Shown: positions 56,796 through 64,000 of the stretch, one piece after another
Layout: every line of letters begins with the position of its first letter
How positions within the stretch are numbered: position 1 is the stretch's first letter
Source of the DNA: Minisyncoccia bacterium
Lineage (GTDB): Bacteria; Patescibacteriota; Minisyncoccia; Phycocordibacterales; Phycocordibacteraceae
Reading direction: 5' to 3'
NCBI GenBank assembly: GCA_041485695.1
Contig: JBGPJZ010000001.1
Coordinates: forward strand, 44,697 to 108,696
DNA length: 64,000 bases
Position numbers and translations under genes: made by a program
Notes under the pieces: model-generated
Seen by the model: the letters and a program-made list of their open reading frames with translations, nothing else
Databases searched by the model: none
What the model was told of the DNA's origin: nothing

Positions 56796-58115
56796 ATGGA
56801 GCGTACGCTTATAGGCGAGCTTGGGAAGCACATCGGGGAAGCCGTCTCGATGAGCGGTTGGGTGGATGTCCGTCGCGACCAAGGCAAGATGGTCTTTTTT
56901 GATTTTCGCGACCGAAGCGGGGTAGTGCAGGGGGTGGTCTTGCCTGGCTCGGAGGCGTTAGAAACGGCCAAAGAGGTGCGTAACGAGTACGTCGTGCGCG
57001 TAGAGGGTATTGTCAACAAGCGCCCGGAGAAAAATGCACAGGCTAATAGACAAAACGGCGATATCGAGCTTGAGATAAAAAGGATTGAGGTCTTGAGCGC
57101 AGCCCACACGCTCCCCTTTGAAAAAGACACCGAAGTAAATCTCGACACCCTCCTCGATTACCGGCCATTTACCATCCGGAGCGAACGCGAGCGCGCCATT
57201 TTTGCTGTTCAGGCCACCATTCTCGACACGTATCGCCACGCGCTCGCCAAGCAAGGCTTCACCGAATTTCAGGCGCCGGCCTTGGTTGGCGGCGACGCCG
57301 AAGGCGGCGCCGCTGTCTTCAAGGTCGGCTATTACTACGACCAAACCGCCTACCTTGCCACCAGCCCGCAGCTCTATAAGCAAATCATGGTAGGAGCATT
57401 TGAACGGGTTTCAACCATCGCAAAAGCATTTCGTGCAGAAAAGAGCTCGACAACCCGCCATCTTTCGGAGTCTACCCAGATGGATTTTGAAATGGGCTTC
57501 ATACAAGACGAGCGAGAGGTCATGGCAGTGCTCGAGAGCGTGATTCGAGAGGTCGTGAATGAGGTTAGCTCGAAACATCCTGACGCGTTTACTAAACTCA
57601 AGACAAGCGTGCCAGCTCTCGGAGAGAAATTTCCTATCCTCACGCTTGCTGAAGCGCACAAGATACTTGACGTGCCAGAGGGTGCGCTTGATATGGAGCC
57701 CGAGCACGAGCGCCGTATCTGCGAATGGGTAAAAAAAGAGCACGACTCTGACTTCGTGTTCATCACCCGATTCCCAACGAAAGTACGCGCGTTTTATACC
57801 TACGAAGATCCGGGTGAAGCGCCGTACTCGCGCGGTTTCGACCTCCTTTTCCGGGGTCTTGAAATCAACAGCGGCAGCCAGCGTATCCATGCATACGATG
57901 AGATGGTAGAGAAGATACAAAGCCGCGGCCTTGATCCCGATAGATTTGCGTTTTATTTGCAGGCATTCAAGTACGGGATGCCTCCTCACGGCGGTTCTTC
58001 TACCGGCCTTGAGCGCTTCACGGCGCGTATGCTTGAGCTCGGTAATGTAAAGGAAGCCTCGTTGTTCCCACGCGATATGAATCGCATCGACACGCTCCTT
58101 TCTACTCCTGATTAG
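56796..58115 (+). CDS. aspS: Aspartate--tRNA ligase, archaeal/short type (likely non-discriminating)
   Basis: OB-fold N-terminus. Class II motif 2 FRAEKSSTTRHLSESTQMDFEM (D.E favours AspRS over AsnRS). About 440 aa. Confidence 0.7.
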   Translation: MERTLIGELGKHIGEAVSMSGWVDVRRDQGKMVFFDFRDRSGVVQGVVLPGSEALETAKEVRNEYVVRVEGIVNKRPEKNAQANRQNGDIELEIKRIEVLSAAHTLPFEKDTEVNLDTLLDYRPFTIRSERERAIFAVQATILDTYRHALAKQGFTEFQAPALVGGDAEGGAAVFKVGYYYDQTAYLATSPQLYKQIMVGAFERVSTIAKAFRAEKSSTTRHLSESTQMDFEMGFIQDEREVMAVLESVIREVVNEVSSKHPDAFTKLKTSVPALGEKFPILTLAEAHKILDVPEGALDMEPEHERRICEWVKKEHDSDFVFITRFPTKVRAFYTYEDPGEAPYSRGFDLLFRGLEINSGSQRIHAYDEMVEKIQSRGLDPDRFAFYLQAFKYGMPPHGGSSTGLERFTARMLELGNVKEASLFPRDMNRIDTLLSTPD

Positions 58116-58118
58116 TCC

Positions 58119-59510
58119 ATGAAGATTGTTTTCACCGATACTCCCCTCGACAAAGCTCCCTCTGGATACACCCGCGTACGCATCACGGAAGGGAAGCTTT
58201 GTCGCCACGGTGCGGATACCCTTGAGCTAGGGGTCGGCAAATGGGCGGACGTGAACCGACGCACATTCATTCTCATTTGCCGAGGCATCATCCAAAAGGC
58301 AAAGGAACAAAAGATAAAGAAAATCGCCGTGCAGCTGAATCAATCTCCGTTCCCCCAACTCTCGACTATTCCGCTCCCCGAGCTTGGGAGCTTGATAGCA
58401 CAGAACTTCGAGATGGCCAACTTCGAGTTCAATGCCTTTAAGACTCCGCCGAAAGAGGGGTGGAATGTAGTCGAGGAGGTGCTCGTGTGCGGTGCGACGC
58501 CGAAAGATATGCAGGCCGGATTCAAGCGGGGGCAGATTATCGGAGAGGCGGTGAATGCGTGCCGTGCGCTCGCGAATACTCCGGGGGGCGATATGACGCC
58601 CGCGATACTCGCGCAAGCAGCGCGCGATGCTGCGAAGGGGCTCCCGGTCACGGTCGAGGTGCTTGGCCCTAAGGAGATGGAAGCTCTCGGGATGGGTGCG
58701 GTGCTCGGGGTCGCCAAAGGGTCAAGTGAAGAACCAAAATTCATTATTGTTGAATACAAAGGAAGTAACGATAAGCCGATTGTGCTCGTGGGGAAGGGCG
58801 TCACCTTCGACAGTGGAGGCCTCAATATCAAGACGGAAGGGCACATGTACGAGATGCATATGGATATGTCGGGAGGCGCTGCGGTTATTACGAGCGTCGT
58901 GCTTGCTGCAAAGCTAGGCGTGAAGAAGCACGTCGTCGCTCTTGTCCCTGCGGTCGAGAATATGTCCGCGGGGAACGCCGTCCGGCCTGGCGATATCTTG
59001 AAATCGCTCTCCGGCAAGACCATCGAGGTCATTGATACCGATGCTGAAGGCCGGCTTATCCTCTCTGACGCGCTTACGTATGCGAAGCGTCTTGACCCTG
59101 CAGTCGTCCTTGATACGGCAACCCTGACCGGTTCCTCGCTCTCTGCGGTTGGTACGCGTGCGAGCGTCCTCTTTACTCGCGACGACGCATTAGCTCTAAA
59201 AATCTCACAGCTCGGTGAAGAGAGCGGCGACTACGTGTGGCGACTCCCGCTCTGGGATGAGTATGAGGAGAATGTCAAAGGAACCTTCGCTGACCTCGTG
59301 AATCTTCCCGAGAGCGCCTCGATGCGAAAGGGCGACGCCATTAATGCCGCCATGTTCCTCTGGCAATTCGCCAAAGAGCTCGAGTGCCCGTGGGCGCACC
59401 TTGATATGGCGCCACGGATGACCACGATTGATGCCGATAAGCTCGCGAAGGGCGCCGCGGGCACTCCCGTCCGCCTCTTTTTGCGCTTTATCGAAGCATG
59501 GCCGGATTAA
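58119..59510 (+). CDS. pepA: Leucyl aminopeptidase (M17 family)
   Basis: VGKGVTFDSGGLNIK and DTDAEGRL motifs. Confidence 0.9.
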   Translation: MKIVFTDTPLDKAPSGYTRVRITEGKLCRHGADTLELGVGKWADVNRRTFILICRGIIQKAKEQKIKKIAVQLNQSPFPQLSTIPLPELGSLIAQNFEMANFEFNAFKTPPKEGWNVVEEVLVCGATPKDMQAGFKRGQIIGEAVNACRALANTPGGDMTPAILAQAARDAAKGLPVTVEVLGPKEMEALGMGAVLGVAKGSSEEPKFIIVEYKGSNDKPIVLVGKGVTFDSGGLNIKTEGHMYEMHMDMSGGAAVITSVVLAAKLGVKKHVVALVPAVENMSAGNAVRPGDILKSLSGKTIEVIDTDAEGRLILSDALTYAKRLDPAVVLDTATLTGSSLSAVGTRASVLFTRDDALALKISQLGEESGDYVWRLPLWDEYEENVKGTFADLVNLPESASMRKGDAINAAMFLWQFAKELECPWAHLDMAPRMTTIDADKLAKGAAGTPVRLFLRFIEAWPD

Positions 59511-60241
59511 GCCGTCATACGGGGTTCTCTATCCAAACGCCGAGCTACGCGGGGCCCTTCGACCTTGTCCTTGACCTTATCGAGGGCCGCAAACTCCTTG
59601 TCAACGAGCTCGCGCTTGCCACGATAACCGACGGGTTCATCGCGCACGTAAAAGCACAGGTCGACTTCCCGGTAGAGGAGACAGCGAATTTCATACAAAT
59701 CGCTGCGACCCTGCTCCTCATCAAGTCGAAGTCCCTCATACCCGACTTCGCGCTCTCCGACGAAGAGGAGGGAGATATCAAGGACCTCGAGCGCCGACTC
59801 GCGGCCTACGAGAAAGTCCGTGAAGCGTCGAGAGAGCTCGCACGCATCTACGACAAGCATTTCATGTTTGAGGCGGGCGAGCGGGCGCCTGAAGTCACCT
59901 TCAGCCCCAGTCGAGATCTAAGCGCCGAGACTTTAGCTGCTGCGCTGGCGCGCATCCTCGCTGCTCGCGAAGAGATCGAGCAATTGCCCGAAGCGCGCGT
60001 CAAGCCCATGATCACGATTGAGGAGATGATGGATACCCTCGCGAAACGCGTGCAAGAGGCTATGACGCTTTCCTTCGGCGAATTTTCAAAAACTGCAAAA
60101 GAACGGATAGAGGTCATCGTCTCATTCTTGGCTCTCCTTGAGCTCGTGAAGCAAGGCGCGGTTGCCGCCGAGCAGTTTAATCAGCACGGCGATATCCGCA
60201 TCACCCACACTGCCTCTCACAAAACTCCCCATTACGGCTAA
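59498..60241 (+). CDS. scpA: Segregation and condensation protein A
   Basis: F.GPFDLVLDLI N-terminal signature. Length about 245 aa. Confidence 0.8.
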   Translation: MAGLSRHTGFSIQTPSYAGPFDLVLDLIEGRKLLVNELALATITDGFIAHVKAQVDFPVEETANFIQIAATLLLIKSKSLIPDFALSDEEEGDIKDLERRLAAYEKVREASRELARIYDKHFMFEAGERAPEVTFSPSRDLSAETLAAALARILAAREEIEQLPEARVKPMITIEEMMDTLAKRVQEAMTLSFGEFSKTAKERIEVIVSFLALLELVKQGAVAAEQFNQHGDIRITHTASHKTPHYG

Positions 60242-60247
60242 ACCGCT

Positions 60248-60388
60248 CTAGAGCGAGTTTGCGGTTGGTGCCGGTGTGGGCGTTACCGGCTGTGAAGCCG
60301 AGAAAATGGGGAAGAAGAGCGCGACCGTCGAGAACATCATCAAGACGGCGATTGCGATTGCAAAGGCCCGCTGCCATGTACGCTTCAT
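60248..60388 (-). CDS. Possible tiny hydrophobic peptide (46 aa: MKRTWQRAFAIAIAVLMMFSTVALFFPIFSASQPVTPTPAPTANSL)
   Basis: ATG-initiated ORF at the tail of the minus-strand ABC operon. No clear SD. Confidence 0.25.
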   Translation of the reverse strand: MKRTWQRAFAIAIAVLMMFSTVALFFPIFSASQPVTPTPAPTANSL

Positions 60389-60434
60389 ATGAGGGCCATA
60401 CTATCAAAAGCCCCTGCAAAATGAAACCGCCGCG

Positions 60435-60842
60435 CTACTTCGTTGGTTGAGCCGTATCTGCCGGCCGCAGCTGTATCGAGCTGGCTGAGACGCTGCCATC
60501 CTTGTTAGCCGTGCCCGAGACAAGGATTGTGCTCCCGACCGAGACGTCAGCGAGCGTTCCCGCAACGTTTTTGGCGACTGTCGTTGCTGGCGAGATGAGG
60601 ACGACATGGGAACTGCCGTCGCGCGTATCGATCGTTATGCTCGAGGCATCTTTAGCCGCGACGGTGCCAGAGAGAGCGCCACTGCCCATTCCTCCGCCGC
60701 GCATAAAGCTCCCCACGCCGGCCATGCGACTAAAACTGCCGGTCGCACCTGCTGTCTTTGCAAGGCTGTGCGGGGCGAGGTAGCCCGCAGCACCGCCGAC
60801 AATGAGAGCGATGACAGCAGTGATAAGCAATTGTTTATTCAT
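60435..60842 (-). CDS. Small secreted/membrane-anchored Gly/Ser-rich protein
   Basis: N-terminal TM/signal MNKQLLITAVIALIVGGAAG. Last gene of the ABC operon. Confidence 0.5.
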   Translation of the reverse strand: MNKQLLITAVIALIVGGAAGYLAPHSLAKTAGATGSFSRMAGVGSFMRGGGMGSGALSGTVAAKDASSITIDTRDGSSHVVLISPATTVAKNVAGTLADVSVGSTILVSGTANKDGSVSASSIQLRPADTAQPTK

Positions 60843-60853
60843 AGTTTTGTTTA

Positions 60854-62086
60854 TTATTCATAACGAAGCGCCTCGATCGGGTTTAAATTCGCGGCTCTTC
60901 GCGCCGGATACCACCCGAAGGCGATACCGATGGCCGCTGAGACACCGAACGCGAGAGCGACTGAAAACCACGACACGCTCGTCGTGACGATGCCGGTTGC
61001 ATTGACGCCGTACGCGATAAGCCATCCGAGGGCTATCCCGATTACCCCGCCGATGACGGTGAGCGCGACAGCTTCAGCGAGAAACTGGCGGCTGATATCC
61101 TGTTTTTTCGCCCCGATAGCCTTACGGAGGCCTATTTCGCGGGTACGCTCGGTAACGTTCGTCAGCATCATATTCATGATGCCGATGCCCCCGACAAGAA
61201 GCGAGATGCCCGCTATCGCGCCAAGGAGCAAGGTCAGGGTAGAAGTTATGCTTGAAGCAGTTGCTGCGATATCAGCTTGATTCAAGGTCGAAAAGTCAGC
61301 TTGCGCTGGGTCGCTCAAGTGGTGCCGATCAAGGAGCAGGTTCGTGATATCGGTCTGCACTTGTTTGGCGGTGTCAGCCGAGGCGGCCGAGACATCAATC
61401 TCTGAAAGGTACTGATTACCCGTGAGGTAGCGCTGCGCAGTGGTATAGGGGATATAGACCGTGTCGTCGACGTTTGAGAATCCGCTCCCGCCCTTAGCGA
61501 CCGTGACGCCAACCACTCGGTAGTTTGTGCCCTTAATGCGTATCGTCTGGCCGAGCGCCTGATCTCCCGTCGCGTCGGCGCCAAACAGGTCAGTAACAAC
61601 GGTTGGCCCGATGACCGCGACTTTTGCGCCGCTCTGCACGTTTGAGTCTGATATGAATACGCCCTGGTCAACCGAAAGGTTGCGCACGCTCTGATATGAG
61701 GGCGAGGTTCCGATAACGGAGGTATTCGTGTTCGTACCCTTAGCGGTGATTTGCTGGCGGCTGGAGACATCAAGGGCGACGGCTGAAGCATTCGGGATTT
61801 GTGTCGTAACAGCGAGCCCGTCATCTACGGTAAGCGACTGCGCGGTCCCGCGTCCGGCTGAAGCGCCGGCCCCGAAGGTTCGCTGGGCGCCCGGCATGAC
61901 AATAATCAGGTTTGAACCGATTGCCGCAATCGACGATGAAATGGAGTTAGAGGCTCCGCTCCCGATTGCCACCATGGCGATAACCGAGCTGATGCCGATG
62001 ACGATGCCGAGAATCGTAAGCCCTGAACGCACCGCGTTAGCTCGAAGCGCAATGGAGGTCTCTTCAAATAAGTCGACGACTCTCAT
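60854..62086 (-). CDS. ABC transporter permease, FtsX/MacB-type with a large extracytoplasmic domain
   Basis: N-terminal TM, about 230-aa periplasmic-like domain, 3 C-terminal TM helices. 4-bp overlap with the ATPase gene. Confidence 0.85.
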   Translation of the reverse strand: MRVVDLFEETSIALRANAVRSGLTILGIVIGISSVIAMVAIGSGASNSISSSIAAIGSNLIIVMPGAQRTFGAGASAGRGTAQSLTVDDGLAVTTQIPNASAVALDVSSRQQITAKGTNTNTSVIGTSPSYQSVRNLSVDQGVFISDSNVQSGAKVAVIGPTVVTDLFGADATGDQALGQTIRIKGTNYRVVGVTVAKGGSGFSNVDDTVYIPYTTAQRYLTGNQYLSEIDVSAASADTAKQVQTDITNLLLDRHHLSDPAQADFSTLNQADIAATASSITSTLTLLLGAIAGISLLVGGIGIMNMMLTNVTERTREIGLRKAIGAKKQDISRQFLAEAVALTVIGGVIGIALGWLIAYGVNATGIVTTSVSWFSVALAFGVSAAIGIAFGWYPARRAANLNPIEALRYE

Positions 62087-62781
62087 ACCGTGCGGCGAAC
62101 CCCGTTTTTAGCATCCTCAATGACGCGCCCGTCTTTAATAAAAATGACTCGTTTCGCGTACTCGGCGATAGAAGCTTCGTGGGTAATGACGATGATCGTC
62201 CGCTTCTGCTCCTCATTGAGTTTTATAAAGGTGCGCAGCACCATCTCGCCTGTGACGGTGTCGAGATTTCCTGTCGGTTCATCGGCAAGAATCAGGGATG
62301 GGTTGTTGACGAGGGCTCGGGCTATCGCAACCCGCTGGATCTGCCCGCCCGAGAGCTGGTTAGAAAGATGAGTGGAAAAAGTAACGTCAAGGCCAGCCGC
62401 GGCAAGCGCTTCGTTTGAGCGTCGCACGCGTTCGGCAGGTTCGATTCCTTCGTAGACCAAGGGCAGCATCACGTTTCGCAGTACGGTGGTGCGGGGTAGG
62501 AGATTGAAGGATTGAAAGACAAAGCCGATTTTATCGCTCCGTATTTGCGCAAGTTCGTCATCAGACATCTTCGAGACATCGCGACCGTCGAGGTGGTACG
62601 TCCCACTGGTCGGAGTATCGAGGCAGCCGATGATATGCATCAAGGTTGACTTGCCAGAGCCAGACGGCCCCATAATGGCGACAAATTCGCCGTCCTCAAT
62701 CGTAAACGAGATGTCTTTTAACGCTTCGTATGCCGCGTCGCCCTGCCCATACGTTTTACGGATATTCTTAATCTCTATCAT
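62083..62781 (-). CDS. ABC transporter ATP-binding protein (MacB/LolD family)
   Basis: GPSGSGKST, LSGGQIQRVAIARA, ILADEPTGNLD. Confidence 0.93.
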   Translation of the reverse strand: MIEIKNIRKTYGQGDAAYEALKDISFTIEDGEFVAIMGPSGSGKSTLMHIIGCLDTPTSGTYHLDGRDVSKMSDDELAQIRSDKIGFVFQSFNLLPRTTVLRNVMLPLVYEGIEPAERVRRSNEALAAAGLDVTFSTHLSNQLSGGQIQRVAIARALVNNPSLILADEPTGNLDTVTGEMVLRTFIKLNEEQKRTIIVITHEASIAEYAKRVIFIKDGRVIEDAKNGVRRTV

Positions 62782-64000
62782 GGGAGCCGGATGCCGCCGA
62801 TGCTTCCGGCTCGCGCTCCGCCTCCCGCCGTCGTAGTCGTTACGGGAGTGGTGCCCGTGACAGTGCGCACGATGACCTGCATGCCAGCCGTGAGCCCGGA
62901 GACAATCTCGGTGTCAGTGTCGCTCGTGAGCCCTGTCGTCACTTGCACCGCTTCAGGAGTCTCGGTCGTCTGGATGCCCTGGCTCTGGGTCACGCCGCCC
63001 GTATCTACGGGCGGCGAAAACACTTGCACATAGGAGCCGTTTGCATTTGATTTTACGGCACTTGAGGGGACGATGAGGACCCCATTCTTGCTCCCCGTGA
63101 CGATTGATGCGTCGACGCTCATGCCGGGCTTCACGAGAGGATTCTTGGTATCAAAGGTGATAGTGGCTCCGTAGGTAACGACGCCTTGGGAGACGGCCCC
63201 GATTGCGTTGACTGACGTGACGGTGCCCGCGATAGAGACGCCCGGCAAAGCGTCGAAGGCGAGAGTCGCTTTTTGGCCGACCTTAAATTTCGCCGCGTCG
63301 ACTTCATTCACTGATATCGCCGCCTCTTGTTGGTCGGTCACTAAGGTCGCGACTGACGTACCCGCCCCTGCCTGGTCGTACCTCTGGACATTTACCGAGG
63401 CAATGGTACCGGCAAAGGGCGCCACGACGGTATAATCCGCAAGATTCTGCTGTGCGGTCGTGACGGCCTCCTGCGCACGTTTCAGCGTGAGTTCAGCCGA
63501 TTGAACCGCGACCGTATTTGACCCCGCCTGGGTCGCCTCAAGCGTGTTCTTAGTCTGTGCGAGCACTTGTTCGGCCGATATGATAGTGGTCTTTGTCGAA
63601 AGCGCCGCTGAGAGATCGTTTGTAACTATAGTGGTGTAGGTCCCGGTGCTTGAGAGCAAGCCTGCAAGACCCGAAGGAGTGCCGAGATTATAAAACGTGG
63701 AGTCGTTATTCACGCGGTCAAAAAGGTCATGCGTATTTTTCACTGCATCAGCTACGGCTTGCGTCGCCAGGTAGGTTGATTGCGCAAGCGCGACGAGGTC
63801 ATCATTCGATATCGAACGACTCGTCACCTTATAAGCGATAAGCGCGCTCTGATAGGCGGTCACTGCAGACGTATATGAGGTGGCTGCCGAACTCTGATAG
63901 AGCGAAATGCTCGCATCGTGCGTTATGACCGCATCGCCGTAGGCATCGATATTTTTCTGGTACTCGCGACCGGCAACGTTCGACCCGTGGAGCGCCGTGT
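62778..64000 (-). CDS. HlyD-family periplasmic adaptor (MacA-like), 5' end beyond the window
   Basis: Coiled-coil then beta-barrel domains (ADYTVVAPFAGTIASVNV). The frame stays open to position 64000. Confidence 0.8.
   Translation of the reverse strand, partial: TALHGSNVAGREYQKNIDAYGDAVITHDASISLYQSSAATSYTSAVTAYQSALIAYKVTSRSISNDDLVALAQSTYLATQAVADAVKNTHDLFDRVNNDSTFYNLGTPSGLAGLLSSTGTYTTIVTNDLSAALSTKTTIISAEQVLAQTKNTLEATQAGSNTVAVQSAELTLKRAQEAVTTAQQNLADYTVVAPFAGTIASVNVQRYDQAGAGTSVATLVTDQQEAAISVNEVDAAKFKVGQKATLAFDALPGVSIAGTVTSVNAIGAVSQGVVTYGATITFDTKNPLVKPGMSVDASIVTGSKNGVLIVPSSAVKSNANGSYVQVFSPPVDTGGVTQSQGIQTTETPEAVQVTTGLTSDTDTEIVSGLTAGMQVIVRTVTGTTPVTTTTAGGGARAGSIGGIRLP

Noticed and set aside
58340-59032. 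230-aa minus-strand ORF
   Set aside because: Antisense to pepA.
1-64000. CRISPR arrays, IS elements/transposases, integrases, rRNA genes
   Set aside because: No regularly spaced direct repeats, no transposase or integrase-like ORFs and no rRNA-like conserved stretches were seen. The only repeat family is the 75-bp REP-like element.

Overview
This 64 kb window is densely packed with housekeeping genes. It comes from a high-GC (about 60%) bacterial genome with the hallmarks of Patescibacteria/CPR (Parcubacteria-like). Those hallmarks are a short rpoB and rpoC, an AlaS lacking the C-terminal domain, an archaeal-type short AspRS, a Zn-less YkgO-type L36, a DUF5671 membrane protein, many short genes overlapping by 4 bp, and several genes with a -10 box only 6-9 nt before the ATG. 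The core blocks are: rpsP-KH-trmD; rpoB-rpoC-dnaG-rpoD; a minus-strand dsbA-like/3'-5' exonuclease/hisS/bPH/prmC operon; ychF-DUF5671-leuS; a sigma70-region-4/HARE-HTH protein, a 454-aa membrane protein and mltG; mnmA followed by a translationally coupled DNA-repair/nuclease cluster (ATP-cone-Mrr nuclease, Cas4-like Fe-S nuclease, minimal MGMT, ung); M13 peptidase; alaS plus an actin-fold ATPase and a membrane protein; infA-rpmJ-rpsM-rpsK-rpsD-rpoA-rplQ and rplM-rpsI; grpE-dnaK-dnaJ; an ABC exporter; tyrS, tRNA-Tyr(GTA), trpS, aspS, pepA, scpA; and a MacAB-like ABC/HlyD operon that runs off the window end. No rRNA, CRISPR array, transposase or integrase was seen. The most unusual observations are: (1) a complete NUDIX hydrolase domain nested inside the CP1 editing-domain region of LeuS, with locally depressed GC; (2) a roughly 75-bp REP-like repeat with an UNCG tetraloop present three times; (3) an ATP-cone + Mrr-like nuclease and a Cas4-like nuclease chained with MGMT and UNG; (4) a GcrA-like regulator; (5) a hairpin-rich duplicated leader upstream of grpE and widespread leaderless-type promoters; (6) AT-rich islands (46.4-47.2 kb, 30.7-31.1 kb, 55.5-55.8 kb) carrying orphan small genes. 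All calls are from reading the sequence and ORF translations. Coordinates of non-ORF features are approximate (about +/-2 nt).
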